DNA of 64,000 bases from Alphaproteobacteria bacterium (GCA_965220745.1 CBDCQT010000006.1:64001-128000); one strand, 5' to 3'. Positions 37,120 to 46,762 are shown, counted from the stretch's first letter. Notes: generated by a model not told the origin, from the letters alone. Program-made: numbers and translations.

Positions 37120-37974
37120 CTAGCGGTCGCGCTGCCCTGGAGTGGTACGGGTCGTGAGGGCGCGCAGTTGCTCCTCCAGTGCTCGCACTCGCTCGTCCGC
37201 CACGCTTGCCGCCTGCTTCGCCGCGCTTGCCTCCTGCTGTGCTGCGTTCGCCCGCTCCTCCGCCGCGTTCGCCCGCTGATTGGCTGCCCGCGAATCTCGC
37301 TCCGCGATCCGCCTCCGCCGCTCGGCTTCTTCCAGCGCGCCGTCGGTCTCTTCACCCGTGCGCGGGTCCCGCAACACCAGTACCGTCCCGCGAGCCTGCC
37401 TCCGGCTGCGCAGTTCCAACCCCAACACCCGGCTCCGATGCCACTGACCCGCATTGCTGCTCGCCACCGGCTGCACCGGGTCATACTTCCCCCCGCCGGC
37501 CTCGTAGCCCTCTAACGACGACCCCATCAAGGTTCCATCCGGGTCCAGCCGCCAGTATTCCCGGACCCCGATCCTGACGTACTCCCGCGCCTTGTGCTCG
37601 GCGTCATTCTTCGCCGTCGACGGCGACGCCACCTCCAGCACGAAATCCGGGGCTTTGCCTTCCTCCCAGATCCGGTACGAACTGCGGTTCTCAGGGCTCA
37701 CCCCGAACACCACCTGCACGTCTGGTTGCAGCCAGAGATTGTTGTCCTCTCGCCGGTAGTACACCGCCAATTCCATGGCCACCAGCACGTCCGTGCGCTC
37801 CCGGAAGTGGTTCCGCAAGGCTGCCGTCGCCTGCAACACAGCATCGCCGTGCGCGATGCTCTGAGCGATCCAATTCCGTTCCGGGTATTCGACCTCGTCC
37901 GGCTTCGCAGATGCCTCGGCAGCGGCTGTGGCCCGCCCGGAAAGTGCGGTGTCCTTGGCGGTCGTGAAGGGCAT
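37120..37974 (-). CDS. Uma2-family endonuclease (copy 3)
   Basis: Close paralog of copy 1, two heptads shorter. Confidence 0.93.
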   Translation of the reverse strand: MPFTTAKDTALSGRATAAAEASAKPDEVEYPERNWIAQSIAHGDAVLQATAALRNHFRERTDVLVAMELAVYYRREDNNLWLQPDVQVVFGVSPENRSSYRIWEEGKAPDFVLEVASPSTAKNDAEHKAREYVRIGVREYWRLDPDGTLMGSSLEGYEAGGGKYDPVQPVASSNAGQWHRSRVLGLELRSRRQARGTVLVLRDPRTGEETDGALEEAERRRRIAERDSRAANQRANAAEERANAAQQEASAAKQAASVADERVRALEEQLRALTTRTTPGQRDR

Positions 37975-38275
37975 GTCGCAACGGGTAGCGCACGAACGCG
38001 CCGCCTAGAGATGATGCTAGCACCGTGCCACTGCGGTCTGAGCGGGGCGCCCGCTGTGCCGCGAACTCAGCCTGTCACCACACACGACTTGGCATGCCTG
38101 CTAGGCCCGCCTGCTGAGCCCGTCCGTAGCGTTCCGGCGCGAGTGCGGCAACGCCCCTTGCAGCGGGCGCTGCAACACTTCGCTCGGAAGATCGAGCGCC
38201 TCTGAGAAGGCGAGTCAATCTCACCGGAAACTTGACTCGCTTGTAAACGCTACGCTTAGACAAGGAATCTAGCGC

Positions 38276-38316
38276 GCCCACAGCTTCGGCGGAGCGAAGC
38301 CGGGTTTCCGGTGGGC
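38276..38316. terminator. GC-rich hairpin downstream of the sulfatase gene, possible terminator
   Basis: GCCCAC...GTGGGC outer stem with an inner GCTTCG/CGAAGC stem; no clear U-tract. Confidence 0.35.
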
Positions 38317-38327
38317 CGGGCCGTGCG

Positions 38328-39782
38328 CTAGTACCGCGAGACGCGGTTGGGCCCGACATCCGTCGCTGTGGCCAGCGCGTCGAAATTCATAACCATGTGA
38401 TCGTGACGCACCTGCGCTAGGCGCGGGTCGTCCCAGAGATTGTCAAACTCGCCCGGATCGGCTTCTAGGTCGAAGAGCTCGCCCAAGCCGTGACCGTGGT
38501 AGGTGACCTGCTTGAAGCGCTCGCTGCGCACCATCGTGCCGAAGCTCTGCACTCCCGCCAAGGCGCGGTAGTACTCGCTGCGCACGAACTCTCGGTGATG
38601 TCCGGGTGCTGCCTTGCCTTCCAGCACGGAAGCCAGCGACTTGCCGTGCATCGTGCTCGGCACGCTGAGCCCGGCCGCCTCCAGCAGCGTCGGAGCGAGA
38701 TCCGTCAGTTCCACCAGCGCTTCGCTGCGCAGCCCTTGCCGGAAACGCCCCGGCCACGAAATCACGAGCGGGACGTGCACCAAGCTCTCGTAGAAGCGGC
38801 AGCCCTTCAGCAAGAGGCCGTGATCTCCGAGCGTCTCGCCGTGGTCGCTGGTGAAGATGACCATCGTGTTGGCCAGTTGGCCGCTGTCCTGCAAGGCGTC
38901 CAGCATTCTGCCAACGTTGTGATCGATCAGTTCGATCATGGCGAAGTATTTCGCTTGGTACGACCTTGCGTTGAAGTCCTCCGGCCGCCGCGCCGGTGTC
39001 TGGAAGTTGACAGCCTCGAGCCGTTGCTGGGCCTCCAGATCCGACTCGCGGAACAGCGGGCCGGGCATGTCCGCTGCAGGGTAGTGCTCCAGCCACTCCT
39101 GTGGCGGGTCGAACGGCGAGTGCGGGTCGAAGCAGTTCAGGCTGAACAGCCAAGGCCCGGAGCGCTCTTCGCGCATGAAGTCGATGGCTCGGTCGGCGCA
39201 CCAGGTAGTTTGGTGAAACTCGCTGGGAATGTAGCCGAGCCGCCCGTAAATCGAATCGTAGTCCTTGCCCAGCGAGCGCAGCCACTCGATATAGGCGTGC
39301 CCCTCGGGCCAGTCGTCGCTGGGATGATGGCTCCAGTCAAACACTCGGTATCCGTCATCAACGCGCGGCTCGATCCGGCCTTGTGCGCCGGAGAGGTGAA
39401 ACTTGCCGGCCAGGGCGCAGTCGTATCCGGCGTCAGCGAGCGACTTGGTGACCAAGGGCGCTGCGTCGTCCCAGGTCTCGTTCCCGTTCATGCAGCCATG
39501 CACCGCAGATGGATACATGCCGGTCAGGAAGCTCGCCCGGCTGGGCGTGCAGATCGGAGATTGGCAATATGCGTTCTCGAACGCGACGCCGCTCGCGACC
39601 AAGCGGTCGATTTGCGGAGTGCGGACGTGCCCGTTTCCGAGAGAGCGGATCGTGTCCCAGCGCTGTTGGTCGGTGCATATCCAAAGGATGTTGGGGCGGC
39701 TGTCTGCGGAACGGGCCTTGGGGCTGGCCAAGGCGGCCCCGCTGGCGCCCAGAAAGCCCCTTCTGGTGACGGTGGAACCCAT
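38328..39782 (-). CDS. Sulfatase (formylglycine-dependent), Tat-exported
   Basis: TRRGFLG signal, PNILWICTDQQR, CTPSRASFLTG, GKFH, PH, FTSDHG, ELFDLEADPGE. Confidence 0.95.
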   Translation of the reverse strand: MGSTVTRRGFLGASGAALASPKARSADSRPNILWICTDQQRWDTIRSLGNGHVRTPQIDRLVASGVAFENAYCQSPICTPSRASFLTGMYPSAVHGCMNGNETWDDAAPLVTKSLADAGYDCALAGKFHLSGAQGRIEPRVDDGYRVFDWSHHPSDDWPEGHAYIEWLRSLGKDYDSIYGRLGYIPSEFHQTTWCADRAIDFMREERSGPWLFSLNCFDPHSPFDPPQEWLEHYPAADMPGPLFRESDLEAQQRLEAVNFQTPARRPEDFNARSYQAKYFAMIELIDHNVGRMLDALQDSGQLANTMVIFTSDHGETLGDHGLLLKGCRFYESLVHVPLVISWPGRFRQGLRSEALVELTDLAPTLLEAAGLSVPSTMHGKSLASVLEGKAAPGHHREFVRSEYYRALAGVQSFGTMVRSERFKQVTYHGHGLGELFDLEADPGEFDNLWDDPRLAQVRHDHMVMNFDALATATDVGPNRVSRY

Positions 39783-39875
39783 AGTGCCCGAAATTAAGGC
39801 ATTAGAGGCGCGCCAAGCGGCAACTGGCTGGCAAGCACAGAGCGCAGTCAGAAGATCAGTGGTAAAATCCCGAAC

Positions 39876-42800
39876 ATGATGAGCGTCTTCAATAAGCCAT
39901 GTCAGTGTGTAGTTTGGATTCGCGCTGGAATACTGTTTCTATCGACACTCTTTCTGGCACCGGTCTTGTTCGGGCAATCGAGCGGTCTGAGCGGAGTGGT
40001 CACTGACGAGACCGGCGGCGTTATCCCTGGCGCAGAGATCGACATCATGAACGAAGCCAATGGCTTCCAGCGTTCAGTGGAGTCCAACGAAGAGGGGAAC
40101 TACACGTTCGCCCAGTTGCCGCCAGGGTCGTATACCCTATCGGCGGTCCAAGAGGGTTTCGCGCCGGTGATTATCGAGGGTGTTTCGCTGCTGGTCAACA
40201 CCAACGTGACCCTCCCGGTCGTCTTCGGCACCGTCGAGGCGGTCGAGGAAGCGGTCACGGTTTCCGCCTCTGCGGCGCAGCTGAACACGACTGACGCTTC
40301 GGTCGGGAACGCCTTCGGCACAAAGCCGATCGTGCAGCTCCCGCTGAACGCCCGCAACCCGGCGGGATTGCTCTCGCTGCAGGCAGGCGTCACCTTCCTG
40401 AGCGCCGATCCGCTGGATTCGAAAAAGGTGGGCGACATCCGAAACGGCACCGTGAACGGCGCTCGTAGCGACCAGTCGAACGTGACGCTTGATGGCGTCG
40501 ATGTGAACGACCAGAACGGGCGCCTGCCCTTCACCAGCGTGCTGCGCAACACCTTGGACTCGATCCAGGAATTCCGGGTCGTCACAACCACCGCGAACGC
40601 AGATCAGGGTCGGTCAGCGGGCGCGCAGGTCGCATTGGTAACCCGCAGCGGGACCAATGAGGTCCACGGCTCGTTATACGAATTCCACCGCAACACAGCT
40701 ACCGCGGCCAACGACTTCTTCAACAACAGCGCGGGCGTCGACCGGGCGAAGCTGATCCGCAACGTTTTCGGGGCCTCCATTGGCGGTCCAATCAAGCAAA
40801 GCCGCCTGTTCTACTTCGCCAACTACGAAGGCCGCAGGGACGCTAGCGAGGGCGGCGTGGTGCGCACGGTGCCCAGCGACTCCCTGCGCCAAGGCTTCGT
40901 CAAGTACAGGGGAGTCGGGGGAGCGGTGCAGGAACTCGACCCGGCATTTATCCAGTCCCAGATCGATCCTCTGAAAATGGGTCCCAGCCCGGCCGCGCTC
41001 CAGTACTTCAGTGACTTCCCGGCCCCGAACGACTCCACCGTCGGCGACGGGCTGAACACTTCCGGCTACAGGTTCACCGCATCGACCCCGCTGGTCTGGA
41101 ACACAGTCATTTCGAAGGTGGATTGGAACGCCGACGAGAACGGGGCCCACCGCATCTTCGTGCGCGGCAATTTTCAGCACGATCACATCGGGGGCTTGCC
41201 CCAGTTTCCTGGCCAGGACCCGAACAGGGAAACCGATGACAGGAGCCGCGGCTTGGCAATTGGGTACACCGGGTTGATCGGACCGGGCATCGTCAGCAAC
41301 TTCCGCTACGGTTTCACGGGCCAAGATGTGATGCTGTCCGGAGTCCAGAACGAGTCCCGGGTGAGATTGGGGGACAGCCTCTTCGATGACTCCTTCGGCA
41401 GCACGACGCCGGAGTCGAACTACCTGCCGGTGCATACTGTGGCCGAAGATATCTCGATTGTGCGCGGCCAGCACTCTTGGCAATTCGGCGGAGTCTTCCG
41501 ATCCATCCGCAACCGCCGCATGAACTCCAGCAACAGCTTTCACTTCGCCAAGCAGGCCGCGTGGGCATTGACGGACGGCCCGGCCTTGTTCGACACGCCA
41601 CTCGCCGTCGCCCCCGCGAACCCGGGGACCTACCGCGAGACCATGGCAACGGTGCTTGGCCTGGTCAACTTCTACGACGCGAACTACAACTACGACATCC
41701 AGGGCAATCCGCTAGCGGCGGGAGACCCGGTCAGCCGCACGTTCGGCATGGAAGAGCTGGAGCTGTACTTCCAGGACACTTGGCGCGCCAAGCCGGGTTT
41801 GACAATCACGGCGGGACTGCGCTGGTCGTTCATGCCGCCCGTGAGAGAAGTCAACGGGGTGCAGGTCCGCATCACCCCGAGGCTGGACAACTACATCGCG
41901 ACCCGCGTGGACCTGGCCGAGAGCGGCCGGCCTACCCATGAGGCGGGACCCATCGGTTTCGTGGGGATCGACGACCCCAACGGCGGACCGCTGTGGGCGA
42001 CGCACTCGAGGAACTTCTCGCCGCGGCTCGCCGTCGCGTTCTCGCCGCAGGCTCGCGACGGTTTTCTGGGCAAGCTTTTCGGCGGTCCCGGCAAGACATC
42101 GATCCGGGCGGGCGCGGGGCTGTTCTACGACATTTTCGGCATGGGCATGATCCAGATGCTCGACCGCAACGCGTTCGGCCTGACGAGCAGGGTGACTACC
42201 CAGAACTTCACGGTTTCGAACTCGCCCCGCTTCGAAGGGCAGACGAATATTCCCTCCCGCGGGATCGCGCCGCCGCCGCCAGGCGGCCCCGGCACGCCCA
42301 ACCCCATGGGACTGGCTTGGAGCCAGGGCGTCGATTCGAGCGTGCTGCCGCCGTACAGCATCAACCCCACCGTGACCGTTTCCCGCGAGCTCGGAGGCGG
42401 CTTCATGATGGAGGTTGGCTATATCGGAAGGCTCAGCCGCAGGCAGCTGATCAACGACACTGCCGTTGCCCAGTACACCAACTTCAAGGATCCGGCATCC
42501 GGCCAGTACCTGCTTGACGCCCTCCAAGAGCTCGAGCTGATGGCGCGCGGCGGCTGGTCGACCCGGTCCGTGCCGACGGTCGCGTTCTTCGAAAACCAGT
42601 TTTCCGCTTCTGCGACGCGGGACTTTACCGCGACCCAGCGAGTGTACGACGTCATCAGATCGAACAGCCCCGACACCGGTACCGCGATGTACTACCTAGA
42701 CTACGCCTGCGCCCCTGTCTGCAGCGACGCGGGTCCGGGCCTTTCGATGAATCCGCAGTTCTGGGGCTTCGACGCGTTGCGATCCTACGGGACGGCGACC

Positions 42801-43610
42801 TACCACTCGATGCAGGTTTCGCTGCGCAAGGGATTCAGCAAAGGGTACCAGTTTGACCTGAACTACACCCTGTCCGAATCCACGGACTTGACCTCGGTTG
42901 GCACGCGACGCAGCCAGGGAGAGCGGTTCGGCCAGATCCCGGGCGACACCTACTGGTCCGCGTTCGGTGTCATCAACTCCTGGGACAGAGAGGCGCAGCG
43001 GGCATTCTCGGATTTCGACATGCGCCACCAGTTCAATGCGAACTGGGTCGTGGAACTGCCCTTCGGGCGCGGCAAACCGTACCTGGCGGACATGGGGCCG
43101 GCCGGGCAGGCAGTGCTTGGCGGCTGGCAGGTCAGCGGCTTGGGGCGCTACACGTCGGGCATGCCACTCAGCATCCTGAACGGTCTGGCCTGGCCGACCT
43201 GTTACTGCTACCAGCACTTCGCCGAGCCGATCGGGCCGATACCGGCACAGACCAACACGGCCAGCGCGGCGCTGATCGGAGGCGGCACGGGACCGAACGT
43301 GTTCAGCAACCCGGCCGCCGCTCTGTCGTCGTTCCGGCAGGTCGTGGTCGGCGGAATCGGGCAGCGGAACAACCTGCGCGGCCACGGGATCTTCTCGATT
43401 GACATGGCTGTCGGAAAACGCTTCCAGCTGCCCATGGAAGGGCACAGCCTGCAATTCCGGGCCGAGGCGTTCAATCTGACGAACAGCGTGCGCTTCAACG
43501 CAGACGCTTGGGAGACGCTGTCCTATACCTTCACCGGGAGCTTCGGAAACTACTCTAGGGTGCTGATTCCGCCCAGGGTCCTGCAATTCGGATTGCGGTA
43601 CGAGTTCTAG
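39876..43610 (+). CDS. TonB-dependent receptor, Oar-like / acidobacterial type with carboxypeptidase-regulatory N-domain
   Basis: Signal peptide, GVVTDETGGVIPGA, LPLNARN, LDGVD, RSGTNEVHGSLYEFHRN, FRAEAFN, C-terminal PRVLQFGLRYEF. Confidence 0.95.
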   Translation: MMSVFNKPCQCVVWIRAGILFLSTLFLAPVLFGQSSGLSGVVTDETGGVIPGAEIDIMNEANGFQRSVESNEEGNYTFAQLPPGSYTLSAVQEGFAPVIIEGVSLLVNTNVTLPVVFGTVEAVEEAVTVSASAAQLNTTDASVGNAFGTKPIVQLPLNARNPAGLLSLQAGVTFLSADPLDSKKVGDIRNGTVNGARSDQSNVTLDGVDVNDQNGRLPFTSVLRNTLDSIQEFRVVTTTANADQGRSAGAQVALVTRSGTNEVHGSLYEFHRNTATAANDFFNNSAGVDRAKLIRNVFGASIGGPIKQSRLFYFANYEGRRDASEGGVVRTVPSDSLRQGFVKYRGVGGAVQELDPAFIQSQIDPLKMGPSPAALQYFSDFPAPNDSTVGDGLNTSGYRFTASTPLVWNTVISKVDWNADENGAHRIFVRGNFQHDHIGGLPQFPGQDPNRETDDRSRGLAIGYTGLIGPGIVSNFRYGFTGQDVMLSGVQNESRVRLGDSLFDDSFGSTTPESNYLPVHTVAEDISIVRGQHSWQFGGVFRSIRNRRMNSSNSFHFAKQAAWALTDGPALFDTPLAVAPANPGTYRETMATVLGLVNFYDANYNYDIQGNPLAAGDPVSRTFGMEELELYFQDTWRAKPGLTITAGLRWSFMPPVREVNGVQVRITPRLDNYIATRVDLAESGRPTHEAGPIGFVGIDDPNGGPLWATHSRNFSPRLAVAFSPQARDGFLGKLFGGPGKTSIRAGAGLFYDIFGMGMIQMLDRNAFGLTSRVTTQNFTVSNSPRFEGQTNIPSRGIAPPPPGGPGTPNPMGLAWSQGVDSSVLPPYSINPTVTVSRELGGGFMMEVGYIGRLSRRQLINDTAVAQYTNFKDPASGQYLLDALQELELMARGGWSTRSVPTVAFFENQFSASATRDFTATQRVYDVIRSNSPDTGTAMYYLDYACAPVCSDAGPGLSMNPQFWGFDALRSYGTATYHSMQVSLRKGFSKGYQFDLNYTLSESTDLTSVGTRRSQGERFGQIPGDTYWSAFGVINSWDREAQRAFSDFDMRHQFNANWVVELPFGRGKPYLADMGPAGQAVLGGWQVSGLGRYTSGMPLSILNGLAWPTCYCYQHFAEPIGPIPAQTNTASAALIGGGTGPNVFSNPAAALSSFRQVVVGGIGQRNNLRGHGIFSIDMAVGKRFQLPMEGHSLQFRAEAFNLTNSVRFNADAWETLSYTFTGSFGNYSRVLIPPRVLQFGLRYEF

Positions 43611-45756
43611 CCTGAATTCCCAACAGAGGCCCGAACTGTGACGACCCCGGGAGAGGCCTATGGGTTCTAAACCATACAGTTCGCGAGTAATTGCGACAGA
43701 CGGGCTGCAAGAGTGTCAGGCTCATCGTGAATACATGAACGTATAATCGTATTTCTACTATCATCCGCCTGGAGGCGCGCCGCCCGCCCCCGAGCAAGTC
43801 CGATCCGCCTCGCTCCCGGCCTGATTTCCACGAAACTCCCGCGAGTTCTGCCATTTGCGGCCTGTTTTCGCCGAAAAACGACCTGGGTTTGGCCAAATCC
43901 CCCTCCCCGCCGTGATTTCCCGCTTGACACAAACATTCTATTATGATATTGTTCTATTGTGTTCATGGGTTCATGACGAAAATGACTGATCTGGCCGACC
44001 GCTTCCTCCAGCCCGCCTCCCCCCGCCAACGCCGCTACGAGGCCCTCCGCGCCCGCTTCGTCGACGGCTGCTCCACGGCCGAGGCCGCCGAACTCTTTGG
44101 CTACGCGCCCGGCAGCTTCCGCAATCTCTGCTCCCAGTTCCTGCACAGCGAGGATCCGGATTTCCTGTTCCCTGCCGAGCGGCCCGCTGCCGCTGCCGCC
44201 AGCCCCGCCTCCGACGACGCCCCCGCCAGAGCCCGCCTGCGGATCCTGGCACTGCGCCAAGAGCAGCTCTCTGTCCACGACATCGCGGCCCGCCTGCTGC
44301 AAGAAGGCCTGCCCCACAGTGTCGGCTTTGTCCACAAGGTCCTCAGCGCACAGGGCCTGCCCAAGCTCGCCCGCCGCGCCCGCGAGCAGCAGCCCGCCGT
44401 GCTCAACGCCCCGCTGGCCGACTGCCGCTCCCTCGATCTGGCCCCGCGCCGCTTGCGCACCGACTTCGGCGGCCTGTTCCTGTTCGCCCCGGACCTAGCC
44501 CGGCTCGGCCTGGGCCGCCTCGCAGACGGCCTGCCCGGCTCGCAAATGATCCCGGCCGAGAACGCCCTGCTGGCCCTGCTGGCCCTCAAGCTGTGGGGCA
44601 TCGGCCGGCCCGCCCGCATCATGCCCTCCGTGCTCGACGACGGCATCGCGCTGTTCGCCGGCCTCAACGCCATCCCCAAGCGCTCCACCCTCACCGAGTA
44701 CTCCTGCCGCTTCGACCCACGCCTGCTCGAGCCCTTCACTCAGCGCTGGCACCACGCCCTGCAGCAGTTCGACGAGGGCCTCGGCGCGGGCCGCTCTTTC
44801 GACCTCGACTTCCATGCCATCCCCTACCACGGCGACGACGCGCTGGTGGAGAAAAACTACGTCTCAAAGCGCTCCCGCAGCCAGCAGGCGATCCTCTGCT
44901 TCCTGGCCCGCGACGCCGACCAGCGCACCTTCGCCTGGGCCAGCGCCCGCCCCAGCAAGGCCACCCAGAATGACCAGGTGCTGCGCTTCGTCGAGGTCTG
45001 GCAGCAGCGCACCGGCAGCCAGCCCGCCGAACTCGTCTTCGACTCCCGCCTGACCACTTACGCCAACCTAGCCGAGCTCGAGCACCGCGGCATCGCCTTC
45101 CTGACGCTGCGCCGCCGCAGCGCCAAGCTGGTCGAGCAATTGCTCGCTCTGCCGCGCCAGCGCTGGCGCACCATCCGGCTCAGCAATGTCGGCCGCCGCT
45201 ACCGCAACCCGCGCATCGTCGACCAGACCGTGCGCCTGCGGCACTACCCCCAGCAGATTCGCCAGATCGCGATCCGCGACCTGGGCCACGACCAGCCCAC
45301 CCTGCTGCTGACCAACCAACTCAAAGCCCCCGCGGCGGAGCTGATCGACCGCTATGCCCGCCGCATGCTGATCGAGAACACGATCGCCGATGCCGTCCAA
45401 TTCTTCCACCTCGACGCGCTTTCAGCCGCCGTGCCGCTGCGCATCGATTTCGACGTGCAACTCACCCTGATGGCCTCCGCACTGTACCGCCTGCTGGCCA
45501 ACGGGCTCGGCCAACGCTTCCGCAACTGCGAACCCGACAGCCTGTTCCACAAGTGCGTGCAGGCCAGCGCCACGATCGACATCCAGCCGCACCAGATTGA
45601 GGTCAAGTTCGGTCGGCGGGCCTACAACCCGCACCTGATCGAGGCCGGCTATGCCGACTCCACGACCGCCATCCCCTGGCTCCAAGATCGCGCCCTGAAA
45701 ATCACCTTCGCCTGACCTCCAAATGTCACATGCTCCTGCTCTGTTGGGAATTCAGG
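43611..45756 (+). mobile_element. Intact insertion sequence (2146 bp) with 18-bp perfect TIRs and CTAG target duplication
   Basis: CCTGAATTCCCAACAGAG at 43611-43628 and its reverse complement at 45739-45756; CTAG at 43607-43610 and 45757-45760. Confidence 0.92.
43973..45715 (+). CDS. DDE transposase with N-terminal HTH domains (IS4-superfamily-like Y-x2-R-x3-E motif)
   Basis: QRRYEALRA HTH; DLDFH, LVFDSR, RYARRMLIEN. Start at ATG 43973 or 43982. Confidence 0.9.
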   Translation: MTKMTDLADRFLQPASPRQRRYEALRARFVDGCSTAEAAELFGYAPGSFRNLCSQFLHSEDPDFLFPAERPAAAAASPASDDAPARARLRILALRQEQLSVHDIAARLLQEGLPHSVGFVHKVLSAQGLPKLARRAREQQPAVLNAPLADCRSLDLAPRRLRTDFGGLFLFAPDLARLGLGRLADGLPGSQMIPAENALLALLALKLWGIGRPARIMPSVLDDGIALFAGLNAIPKRSTLTEYSCRFDPRLLEPFTQRWHHALQQFDEGLGAGRSFDLDFHAIPYHGDDALVEKNYVSKRSRSQQAILCFLARDADQRTFAWASARPSKATQNDQVLRFVEVWQQRTGSQPAELVFDSRLTTYANLAELEHRGIAFLTLRRRSAKLVEQLLALPRQRWRTIRLSNVGRRYRNPRIVDQTVRLRHYPQQIRQIAIRDLGHDQPTLLLTNQLKAPAAELIDRYARRMLIENTIADAVQFFHLDALSAAVPLRIDFDVQLTLMASALYRLLANGLGQRFRNCEPDSLFHKCVQASATIDIQPHQIEVKFGRRAYNPHLIEAGYADSTTAIPWLQDRALKITFA

Positions 45757-46233
45757 CTAGGCTCGGGCGTTCCGTGTGGCACCCGGGGCAGCCTTCCATA
45801 AGCGCTAGCTTCTGAATCCCCGCTTAAGCTGCGGATCGGCAAAGGCAGGCTGATTTCGGGGCCGAATGCGAGCGGACGATGAACTTTCGGCAGTTGAAGG
45901 GCCAACTTTCCATGGCGGGCCGCGGCTGTAGCCTGCCGCTAGATGGTGCCGGAAGCGGGAATGGGATTCCGCGGCGCACGATTCGCACTCAGGAGCTGCT
46001 AGCGGGCCAGAGTCAGAGTGATACGCTGCGCCGCCAATTTGGGGTACGCCGGTAAACTCCTGATGCCGCCGATAGCGCGTGTACGAAGCACAGGCACCAC
46101 GGACGAAACTCAGTGCCTATGAATAGCCGCGGTCGATGCCGCGATCCTGCCGCCATAGGACAGGAAGCAATCATTGCGAAGATCGAAAGCAGCTATCGGA
46201 TGCCAATTCTGCTTCGTCGGTTCACTGTCGCCG

Positions 46234-46449
46234 TCAGTCTCCGGAAGCGGTCGCGTCCGCCGGGCGGAACAGGCCCGAGCCCTCGATCAGGCCCTCCAGC
46301 CGCGCCACCCGCTCCCCGAGTCGCCGCAACTCGGCTTCGAGCAAGTCGAGCCGCTTGTCAGTCCGGGCTTGCAAGACAAGCACTAAGCTGCCTAGGCCAA
46401 CCAGCAGCGTCGCGCCCACAGCCAAGATGCCGATCAGTTCTGCGCTCAT
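46234..46449 (-). CDS. Small TM + coiled-coil protein (ERVARLEG family, copy 3), 71 aa
   Basis: MSAELIGILAVGATLLVGLGSLVLVL...LGERVARLEGLIEG; TATACT -10-like hexamer upstream. Confidence 0.75.
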   Translation of the reverse strand: MSAELIGILAVGATLLVGLGSLVLVLQARTDKRLDLLEAELRRLGERVARLEGLIEGSGLFRPADATASGD

Positions 46450-46762
46450 GGTCGCAGTCGCAGTATAGCACCGAGATAGTAAGTAGCATGGCAGACTCTG
46501 GCAGCGCTTATGGGCGGAATGCCCTCAGTGTGGCCGCCGGGTCTTGCTCCCAGTTCGGCGAGAAATTCCGCGAAGCTTCCGAACGTCTGCTCCGAGATCG
46601 TCCAGGCGGAGCGCTCGCTGAAGTGCGCCCGGCCGCTGATCGTGGTCGGTGGCGAAGACTGGACCGCAAGCGCCCCGCCTCGACCGGCGAGGCTGCATCC
46701 GCCGCCGGATGTCTGCACCAGCCATTCACAGCTCGCAGACAGACTCGTGCCGACTGGCCCCT

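Larger units (their letters stand above)
33918..38272 (-). mobile_element. Tandem array of three putative Uma2 nuclease cassettes (33918-35605, 35602-36930, 36927-38272) joined at CTAG
   Basis: CTAGCG at all four junctions (33918, 35602, 36927, 38269). Each unit begins CTAGCGAGGC..(GCCTC)AGACCAAC and ends ACTTGAC...TACGC(..AGACAAGG..T)CTAG. One Uma2 gene per unit. Confidence 0.7.

Noticed and set aside
33918-38272. Junction repeats as a CRISPR array or integron attC sites
   Set aside because: Spacing is gene-sized, no cas or intI gene is present, and no RYYYAAC/GTTRRRY paired attC structure was seen.
46060-46109. Hammerhead-like CTGATG...GGACGAAAC
   Set aside because: The core should be CUGAnGA followed by a stem II pairing with GGAC; neither is present.
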